From the UHGV virus genome UHGV-0060065: 24,468 bases of DNA; one strand, written 5' to 3'. Below, one piece after another: positions 1 to 6,288 of this stretch. Every line of letters starts with the position of its first letter. The stretch's first letter is position 1. This DNA is from a virus. Position numbers and translations under genes: made by a program. A model generated the notes under the pieces. That model saw only the letters and a program-made list of their open reading frames with translations, was not told the DNA's origin and made no database searches.

Positions 1-404
1 CCTGAACGCCGGGCTTCGGTTAGTAAGGGTTTTTTTATGCCCGCGATAAATAAACTCTCTATTCCACCATCATTATTCTCAGCGGTTGCAAGGCTTGAAC
101 GGTAAGAACAAGCAAACCCGACCACCATTTTGCTGTTCATAGCCACTTGCTGGAAGTTAGCCGACCTCACTCATACTCACCGTTCAAAGCGTGCCCCCGT
201 TTTACCCCTGCACATTTGTGAACGCCAGCAGAGTTTTTTATGCGATTGCAGATATGGAAAGCGGCTCGGAGAGAAAAGCAAAAGATGGAAAAGTTACAAA
301 AAAAAATCGCGAGATACATCGCATAAAACAACGCCACCCGAAGGTGACATGAAGGAGGCCGAGCACACTGGCCTCCCTTTGATATATCAAATAGTTACAT
401 TAAT

Positions 405-440
405 ACACATAGTCTTAAGTGGGCTTATTTAGTCCTATTT
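405..440. other. Candidate attachment-site core / prophage left junction next to the int stop
   Basis: The reverse complement contains AAATAAGCCC, which resembles my recollection of the P2 attP core. It sits at the 3' end of int, as in P2. No host/phage boundary was verified. Confidence 0.25.
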
Positions 441-1435
441 TATGGGCAATATCTGGACAACTCAGCCACAGGATTAAAGCGCACAGCATCCTGTAGATAA
501 TCCGGTGCAAAATGGGCATAAGTCATCGTCTGCTGAATAGTGCTATGTCCAAGTATTCTCTGCAAAGTGATGATATTCCCACCATTAATCATGAAGTGAG
601 TGGCAAAGGTATGCCGTAAAACATGTATCGACTGCCCTTCAGGAAGATCAGGCCTCACCTTTCTGATAGCAGCTCTGACAGCTGCATAACTTGGATAAAT
701 TAAACGACCAGTGGCCTTTGTTTTAATCATGCACTCCAGTTCTGACGATATAGGTATAACGCGACGCTTCCCATTTTTGGTTTCCATAAAAATGACTTTG
801 CCGCTAATAACATGCTCCCCCTTGATATTTGCAACCTCACTCCATCTTCCACCTGTTGCCAGACACAACAAGACGGCTTTTAATTCATCACCAGATAACA
901 ACTCCAGTAATCGTGGAATATCTTCATGATACAAATAAGCCATTTCAGGCTGTTTGATATTAAGTTTTTTCACATCATGAAACGGATTAGCCCCAGAATA
1001 TTCCTCTGCGTCAATTAGTTTTGTGAAGAAACCACTCATCATTGCGCAATAACGATTAACCGTGGATTGTTTTATTCCGCGATTAAGCAACAATAACCGA
1101 TAATTAATTATGTTCTTACGAGTAAGTTGGTCACTGCGTGTAACATTAATACTTTCAAGATCACTAATGACCGCAGAAATACGCACTCGCTCCATCGCAC
1201 CGTAAGGATGATTTTTCCCGTGGTATAGCCACCAACAATCCAGCAACTCCCTCAGCGAGCGCCGTTCTGTTGGCTTATCAACCCAATCTTTGTCGTGGTA
1301 ATGCTGCAATACATGACGCTCATACAAAACAGCCTCACCACGAGTATCAAATCGCCGCCTGAATCTCTTTCCTTCTGATCCAGCTGGCCGCACGTCCACA
1401 CAAAATTTGCCATTAGCGAGCTTCTTAATCGACAT
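440..1435 (-). CDS. int: Phage tyrosine integrase (P2 Int-like)
   Basis: The translation has HxLRHTFATHFMINGG and LGHSTIQQTMTYAHF catalytic-region motifs and aligns along its length with remembered P2 Int. The ORF track starts at a GTG at 1471 with no RBS; the ATG at 1435 (MSIKKLANGKF) has a GGAGGG RBS and matches the P2 Int N-terminus. Confidence 0.9.
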   Translation of the reverse strand: MSIKKLANGKFCVDVRPAGSEGKRFRRRFDTRGEAVLYERHVLQHYHDKDWVDKPTERRSLRELLDCWWLYHGKNHPYGAMERVRISAVISDLESINVTRSDQLTRKNIINYRLLLLNRGIKQSTVNRYCAMMSGFFTKLIDAEEYSGANPFHDVKKLNIKQPEMAYLYHEDIPRLLELLSGDELKAVLLCLATGGRWSEVANIKGEHVISGKVIFMETKNGKRRVIPISSELECMIKTKATGRLIYPSYAAVRAAIRKVRPDLPEGQSIHVLRHTFATHFMINGGNIITLQRILGHSTIQQTMTYAHFAPDYLQDAVRFNPVAELSRYCP

Positions 1436-1501
1436 AAGGAAGCCCTCCAATGAAAACATCATCTTGATCACAGCTCTGGGAAATAAATGCCTGGTGAACC
1501 G

Positions 1502-1801
1502 TTAACCAGTTTTCTTGCCGGAGCGGGATGATTCCGCTTCGCCTTGCCCAATGTGTGCGAGAGCCGGTACAACCTGCCCGGCCTTGGGTTCAACTTCATC
1601 AAACAAAAACCAGTCGCGGTACTTACGGAACATGGGGGCTTTCAGAAGCTTTTTTGTTGACTCAAGGTTGGGTTCATTTCGTCCTTGCTCATATTGCCTT
1701 AATGCAGCAAGAGTAAGCCCAGTAATCTCTGCCATTTTTTCTTGTGTAAGCATTTCTGACTTCCGCATGATGCGAATTTTCATAGCTACGGTAGTTGACA
1801 T
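1502..1801 (-). CDS. C: Immunity repressor (P2 C-like), 99 aa
   Basis: Same length as P2 C. The N-terminal HTH (EKMAEITGLTLAALRQYEQGRNEP) and the PALAHIGQ...SGKKTG tail match remembered P2 C. It is divergent from cox and upstream of int. Confidence 0.85.
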   Translation of the reverse strand: MSTTVAMKIRIMRKSEMLTQEKMAEITGLTLAALRQYEQGRNEPNLESTKKLLKAPMFRKYRDWFLFDEVEPKAGQVVPALAHIGQGEAESSRSGKKTG

Positions 1802-1909
1802 AGTAAGTTAACTCACTTAGTTTATACATCAATTAACACACAACGAATTGCGCTAACTAGTTCTTAATGGTGCTAGTTAGAAGAAAGCACCAATAGCGGA
1901 GGATATCAG
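1802..1909. promoter_or_regulatory. Divergent lysogenic/lytic switch region (Pc/Pe-type promoters and operator repeats)
   Basis: AT-rich 108-bp gap between divergent C and cox. It contains direct repeats of CTAGTT (about 1857 and 1873) and TTAAC motifs. The exact -35/-10 elements are not confidently assigned. Confidence 0.45.
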
Positions 1910-2335
1910 ATGCAAGAAAGCACTCAAAACGCGCCTGAGTCACTTTGCGGAACACGATGCGATCACCTGTCAGAAATGCCAGAAGGTGAGCATCAAAAAA
2001 CAGGACGCAAAGCACGTGAACGTGAAGAAATTCGACTTTCAGAAAATCCCTCGCATCTCCTGTCAAAAGAAGGATTTGCGATGTATATCGGAAAGACCGT
2101 TGATGCCATCGTAAGCATGGCAAAAGCAGGAAAGCTACCTGCGGTGTATATGGCGGACCCTCTCAAGCCAGGCGGAAACGCTGAACTCTACATCAACAGA
2201 AAAGCGTGGGATGAAGCATGCGATCGCCTCATCGAAAACGCACCTCAGGAATGGCACGACTGGGAAAACCGTCTGTTTTTGTTTAAGCCAACAAGTGGCA
2301 GACGAAACAGAAATATCAGCGGTAAAGCAGCATAA
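1910..2335 (+). CDS. cox: Cox/Apl-like excisionase and lytic-switch regulator
   Basis: A strong RBS (GCGGAGGA) precedes the ATG at 1910. The C-terminal 85 aa (from the internal ATG at 2081, MYIGKTVDAIVSMAKAGKLPAVYMADP...) align with remembered P2 Cox (LIGKSTGAVRRMIDKGKLPVIDMTDP). It is the first gene rightward of the switch. The true start (1910, 1976 or 2081) is uncertain. Confidence 0.7.
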   Translation: MQESTQNAPESLCGTRCDHLSEMPEGEHQKTGRKAREREEIRLSENPSHLLSKEGFAMYIGKTVDAIVSMAKAGKLPAVYMADPLKPGGNAELYINRKAWDEACDRLIENAPQEWHDWENRLFLFKPTSGRRNRNISGKAA

Positions 2336-2372
2336 CTCAAACCATTATTCATTTTAGGCGGAGTATTTTGAT

Positions 2373-2723
2373 ATGAAGGAACGTCGCAATTCTTCACAGC
2401 AGCGCTTCCGCAACGGGGCGGAACGCCATGCTAACCGTTTCGCTACCAGTGCATCACGTAGCAACTCTCGCTACAGCCTGAGCGAAACACACGCAACGCC
2501 GGATGGCTACCCAGTAAAACAAATCGGCGAGCACGCCTGGTTGATTGAGAAAGCTGGAATCGTGGTCCACAAATGCCCACGCAATCCGTTTACCGGAAAC
2601 CGCATTTTTGCACTGAGCAGCGGCGACAATCAGTTCGGGCAGGATTTCACATTATACGAAGCACTTCGCACGGTTGATCGTCTGCTTCGCGGACAAAGTT
2701 TTATTAAACAGGTTGATTTATAA
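2373..2723 (+). CDS. Hypothetical early-operon protein (116 aa), basic N-terminus
   Basis: ORF with an RBS (GGCGGAG) in the rightward early operon. No family was recognised. Confidence 0.55.
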   Translation: MKERRNSSQQRFRNGAERHANRFATSASRSNSRYSLSETHATPDGYPVKQIGEHAWLIEKAGIVVHKCPRNPFTGNRIFALSSGDNQFGQDFTLYEALRTVDRLLRGQSFIKQVDL

Positions 2724-2733
2724 CAGGTGATTT

Positions 2734-3012
2734 ATGACCAAAGAGTATGCACAAGGTGTATTTATCCGTTTTATTGATTTTCGCGGTGAACTGTTATTAC
2801 GTGCATCAGCTATTGATGCTGTAGCCCAGGCAGAAAAAAAAGCAGTTACTCACGTTTATGCGAACAACGCACAACTGATCGTGGAGCTTCCGTACCAGAC
2901 CGTTCGCGAAGCCATTAACGAAGCTGAAAAAGCGCGCCAAGCTAATGGCGATGAACCCTATATCGAAATTATTTGTATGGATTCAGAAGCTGAAATTAAG
3001 AAAGCAGATTAA
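2734..3012 (+). CDS. Hypothetical early-operon protein (92 aa)
   Basis: ORF with an AGGTGA RBS, tightly packed after the previous gene. No family was recognised. Confidence 0.55.
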   Translation: MTKEYAQGVFIRFIDFRGELLLRASAIDAVAQAEKKAVTHVYANNAQLIVELPYQTVREAINEAEKARQANGDEPYIEIICMDSEAEIKKAD

Positions 3013-3020
3013 AGGGCGTT

Positions 3021-3266
3021 GTGATGGGCAAAGAATATAAAACTCTCATTAACAAAGCACTTGAGCGTTTTTATTTTCGCTTAAGCGCATCAGGCGCTCA
3101 TGCTGAACGTGCAGCCCGTGACTCATTGACCAGGGCAATCCGGAGTCTGTATGACGTGGCTTTTTACGCTGATGATCTGGATGCACTTAACGAACTTTCC
3201 GAGCTGATCTGTGCCGCAGAATGCGGGGAACATATTGAACCGTATAAGCTGGGGAATATTGCATGA
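3021..3266 (+). CDS. Hypothetical early-operon protein (81 aa)
   Basis: ORF with an RBS, co-directional and tightly packed. No family was recognised. Confidence 0.55.
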   Translation: MMGKEYKTLINKALERFYFRLSASGAHAERAARDSLTRAIRSLYDVAFYADDLDALNELSELICAAECGEHIEPYKLGNIA

Positions 3267-3376
3267 GTATATTTATCTCATGGCTTGTTCTGATTATTTC
3301 GGTGGCCTGCGCCATTGGGATTATGCGAATTATTCATTCAGTAAAAAAGATTGAACGCTTTTTCACTGGCGAATAA
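3263..3376 (+). CDS. Putative small single-pass membrane peptide (37 aa: MSIFISWLVLIISVACAIGIMRIIHSVKKIERFFTGE)
   Basis: The ATG overlaps the stop of the upstream gene (ATGA coupling). It has one hydrophobic helix followed by a basic tail. It is absent from the ORF track because it is short. Confidence 0.35.
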   Translation: MSIFISWLVLIISVACAIGIMRIIHSVKKIERFFTGE

Positions 3377-3462
3377 CAGAGCAAATAAAACCACAGGTTA
3401 AATAAGAAAATGTAAAAACAATCCGCATTCGCGGAGGTATTCGCACACGCCAAGGAGGCGCA

Positions 3463-3666
3463 ATGGCAATTAAGCGATTTACCGTCGTTCGTTTCACTTC
3501 CAGAGGACGTGAATACGAAGTTGACGAACGGCTGATTAAAACGCTCGACCGTCACCGTTCGCAACCTGACGCGCATCACATTTATCTCACTGACGACACT
3601 TACTTCTGCGCCACCAACGTGGTGCAGGTGAATCTTATCAGACAGGTACAGGAGTCACGCAGATGA
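3463..3666 (+). CDS. Hypothetical early-operon protein (67 aa)
   Basis: A strong RBS (AAGGAGG) lies 6-7 nt upstream of the ATG. The stop overlaps the next start. Confidence 0.6.
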   Translation: MAIKRFTVVRFTSRGREYEVDERLIKTLDRHRSQPDAHHIYLTDDTYFCATNVVQVNLIRQVQESRR

Positions 3667-3908
3667 CCATTCTGGACTACATCGCCGCCAATCCGGGTTG
3701 TAGCGGTGGAGAAATCGCCGCAGCACTGAATACCCCAACCACAGCCATTAATGCGGAGTTACGCCGACTCTGGCGCAGCGGTTCAGTCATAAGAAAAGAG
3801 CGCAAAACAGGCGGTCGCTTTTCTTACCAGATAAACCCGATGCCGTTCGGGTGCGGCAATCCACTTACCAACACGTTTAACCAGCTACTGAAGGAAGCCA
3901 GAGCATGA
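3663..3908 (+). CDS. Putative winged-helix DNA-binding protein (81 aa)
   Basis: Overlapping start/stop coupling. The sequence (ILDYIAANPGCSGGEIAAALNTPTTAINAELRRLWRSGSVIRKER) looks like a winged HTH. This is inference only. Confidence 0.5.
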   Translation: MTILDYIAANPGCSGGEIAAALNTPTTAINAELRRLWRSGSVIRKERKTGGRFSYQINPMPFGCGNPLTNTFNQLLKEARA

Positions 3909-4219
3909 GCGCCATCAACCACCAGGAATTACGCGAACTGGCGACTGACCTGCAACGAATGGCAACGCCTCAAAAATTACTGGCGTTTCGCGCAATGCTC
4001 TCGCCGTCTGCTGTGCTGGCGCTGCTGGATGAGCTGGAGCACGCCAGAACCATGGCTCCAGCCATTCGCCTGACGCTCCATCATGAAATCAAGGATTTCT
4101 GCGCGACGCTGGAGTCACCAGGCGAACCAGAAACGCCGGAAGCAATGCAACAAGTGCTGCTGCAACGCATCGACAACGTTTTCGATTTTTTCCTTAACCA
4201 GCAAGGGACCACAGCATGA
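3905..4219 (+). CDS. Hypothetical early-operon protein (104 aa), acidic/helical
   Basis: Translationally coupled ORF. No family was recognised. Confidence 0.55.
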   Translation: MSAINHQELRELATDLQRMATPQKLLAFRAMLSPSAVLALLDELEHARTMAPAIRLTLHHEIKDFCATLESPGEPETPEAMQQVLLQRIDNVFDFFLNQQGTTA

Positions 4220-4419
4220 ACAAAAAGACCTGGTTTCGCGCATACATGTGGGCGCTGGTATGCGTCATCGTCTCTCTCATTCTGTATGCAGGACTACTCC
4301 CCCGAATGATTTCATCAGACAGCTCCTTCCTGGTATTGCTGGGCATTTTCATTGCCATGCTGTACCCGGCAGGCGTTGTTCGCCTTTTCAGTAAGTACAT
4401 CAAGGAAATCAAACAATGA
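4216..4419 (+). CDS. Small two-helix inner-membrane protein (67 aa), likely partner of the downstream SPFH protein
   Basis: Two hydrophobic segments (WALVCVIVSLILYAGLL and FLVLLGIFIAMLYPAGVV). ATGA overlap with the upstream gene and with the SPFH gene start. Confidence 0.6.
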   Translation: MNKKTWFRAYMWALVCVIVSLILYAGLLPRMISSDSSFLVLLGIFIAMLYPAGVVRLFSKYIKEIKQ

Positions 4420-5246
4420 AGAAATTCAAACTCTTTCAGATTCTCCCGCTTTTTGCCGCCATCCTGCTGGTTGGCTGCGATCGCGTTGAGCCAGGTAATG
4501 TGGGCATCAAAGTCAACAAGCTGGGCGACGACAAAGGCGTTGGCGAAGTGGTTGGCGTTGGCCGCTACTGGACTGGCTGGAATACAGAGGTTTACATCTT
4601 CCCGACCTTCAAACAAATGAAGACCTACGATGAGCCGTTCAGCTTCCAGATGAGTGACGGCACAACCATCGGCTATCACATCGGCGTGGCTTACAAGGTT
4701 GATCCATCCAAAGTTACCACAGTGTTTCAGACCTACCGCAAAGGCGTGGATGACATTACCGACACTGACCTGCGCCAGAAGATCGCCGATGCACTCAACC
4801 GACTGGCCAGCAAAATGACCACCGATAAGTTTATCGACGGTGGTAAGTCTGAACTGCTGGATTCAGCACTTAAAGATATTCAGGAAGAGATGACCCCCAT
4901 CGGCATTCAGGTCATGAGCCTCTCTTATGTCGGTAAACCGGAATATCCGCCAACCGTTATCGACAGCATTAACGCCAAAGTCACGGCAAACCAGAAAACC
5001 CTGCAACGCGAACAGGAAGTCAAGCAACGCGAAGCTGAAGCCAACATGTTGCGCGCAGAAGCTGCCGGACAGGCTGATGCCATTCGCACAAAAGCCCAGG
5101 CTGAAGCTGACGCCATTCGTTTACGCGGTGAAGCTCTGCGCCAGAATCCCGGCGTTATGGAGCTGGAAGCAATCAACAAATGGAACGGCACGCTGCCGCA
5201 ATACATGACCAGCAATACTGCTGTTCCGTTTGTTCCGGTGAAGTAA
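4416..5246 (+). CDS. SPFH/band-7 (stomatin-prohibitin-flotillin-HflK/C) family lipoprotein
   Basis: Signal peptide with lipobox (AILLVGC). The body resembles a band-7 domain, and the C-terminus is an Ala/Glu/Arg-rich coiled coil (QREQEVKQREAEANMLRAEAAGQADAIRTKAQAEADAIRLRGEALRQ) typical of SPFH proteins. Confidence 0.75.
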   Translation: MKKFKLFQILPLFAAILLVGCDRVEPGNVGIKVNKLGDDKGVGEVVGVGRYWTGWNTEVYIFPTFKQMKTYDEPFSFQMSDGTTIGYHIGVAYKVDPSKVTTVFQTYRKGVDDITDTDLRQKIADALNRLASKMTTDKFIDGGKSELLDSALKDIQEEMTPIGIQVMSLSYVGKPEYPPTVIDSINAKVTANQKTLQREQEVKQREAEANMLRAEAAGQADAIRTKAQAEADAIRLRGEALRQNPGVMELEAINKWNGTLPQYMTSNTAVPFVPVK

Positions 5247-5413
5247 TTAAACCCGGCCAGTGAAAACCGCTGGCCGGAGCAGTATCAGGATTTTTTAGTA
5301 TGTCGTTCTCACAAAAAAACCGCTTGCCATGCCGCAATCAGTCAGGTTACATTTCCGCTGCACCTCATAAAACGGGTGCCGGGATTTCCACCCCGCTGAC
5401 AACTACAGCGCAC

Positions 5414-5434
5414 AACCGCGCCAGCGGTTTTTTT
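5414..5434 (+). terminator. Putative intrinsic terminator (AACCGC-GCCA-GCGGTT followed by a T-run)
   Basis: 6-bp GC-rich stem with a 4-nt loop followed by about 7 T, roughly 170 nt downstream of the SPFH gene. A second hairpin (CCGGCCAG...CTGGCCGG, about 5253-5277) lies directly after the SPFH stop. Confidence 0.4.
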
Positions 5435-5613
5435 GTGCGTACTGTATCGCCACGTCTTTTTCGCACACGAATTATGGTGGGGCGTACGGGGCCGACTTCG
5501 GTCGGGCCGGGTTCTGTAGTTGCCGGTTGTGGAAACCCTGTACGTCTCACCACCCCGAGTTTTCCACCTCTGGATGGTGAGTTTTCAAAACTTGCAACTA
5601 CAGAGGCCACACC

Positions 5614-5844
5614 ATGGCAAACCGCAAACAGCACCGCGCTATCGCGGAGCGTCGTCACATCCAGACTGAAATCAACCGCAGACTTTTCCGCGCATCACGC
5701 GTCGCGCAAATCATGCACATCAATATGCTGCATGAGCGCAGCCACGCACTATCAAACATCTATTCCGCCGCTGTTTTCAGCTATCTGGCGGATGATCTGC
5801 ACGAGCTTCAACAGCTCATCCAGCAGCAAAACAAACTCCATTAA
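5614..5844 (+). CDS. Hypothetical small basic protein (76 aa)
   Basis: ORF with a weak RBS, co-directional and immediately upstream of the A-proximal gene. Coding status is uncertain. Confidence 0.4.
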   Translation: MANRKQHRAIAERRHIQTEINRRLFRASRVAQIMHINMLHERSHALSNIYSAAVFSYLADDLHELQQLIQQQNKLH

Positions 5845-5916
5845 TTCCTGTTCCGGGCCTTTCCTGCACCTTGCGGCGGGAGGCCTTCGCACATCTGTAA
5901 CAAGAGGATTGCCGCA

Positions 5917-6282
5917 ATGATTCTCGCCAACGACTTTCTTGAATACCTGCTCAACACAGAACGTGATCTTGCCGCTCGCGTGCGTGAACGTTATGACATG
6001 TACCTGAAATCCCTGCCTGTACCGCAGCTCGCTGACGGAAAGATTGTTATTGATGGTCGCTACATGATTGACAGCCACGAGGGAAATTACAGGCTTTACC
6101 GCATTGAAGGTGGCACCCCGTCCGTTATTGGCATTTACCAGCGCCCATCCTCTTCAATCGTCGATGTGATTGCCGACAGCATCCGCATCACACATCGCCA
6201 TGCCGACACAGAAGACACCGTGCTGGAAATTCAGCGGCTGGCTACAGTCTGCCGCGACACCCTGAATGGCATGACGAAGTAA
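5917..6282 (+). CDS. Hypothetical protein (121 aa) directly upstream of replication gene A
   Basis: ORF ending 6 nt before the A start. No family was recognised. Confidence 0.55.
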   Translation: MILANDFLEYLLNTERDLAARVRERYDMYLKSLPVPQLADGKIVIDGRYMIDSHEGNYRLYRIEGGTPSVIGIYQRPSSSIVDVIADSIRITHRHADTEDTVLEIQRLATVCRDTLNGMTK

Positions 6283-6288
6283 ATCACT

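Noticed and set aside
1-120. tRNA or tmRNA 3' end at the integration site
   Set aside because: No acceptor-stem or T-arm-like structure and no CCA context was found; P2-like phages commonly use non-tRNA sites. Not excluded without a covariance-model scan.
130-432. 100-aa ORF on the plus strand in the left flank
   Set aside because: No RBS, Lys/Ser-rich low-complexity translation, and it lies in the att/junction region. Probably non-coding.
4194-4679. 161-aa minus-strand ORF overlapping the membrane-protein and SPFH genes
   Set aside because: Antisense to two tightly coupled plus-strand genes with strong signals; a shadow ORF.
5300-5920. 206-aa plus-strand ORF spanning the structured intergenic interval
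   Set aside because: Ser/Thr/Arg/Pro-rich composition, no RBS, and it reads through hairpins and a terminator-like element. It also overlaps the more plausible 5614..5844 ORF.
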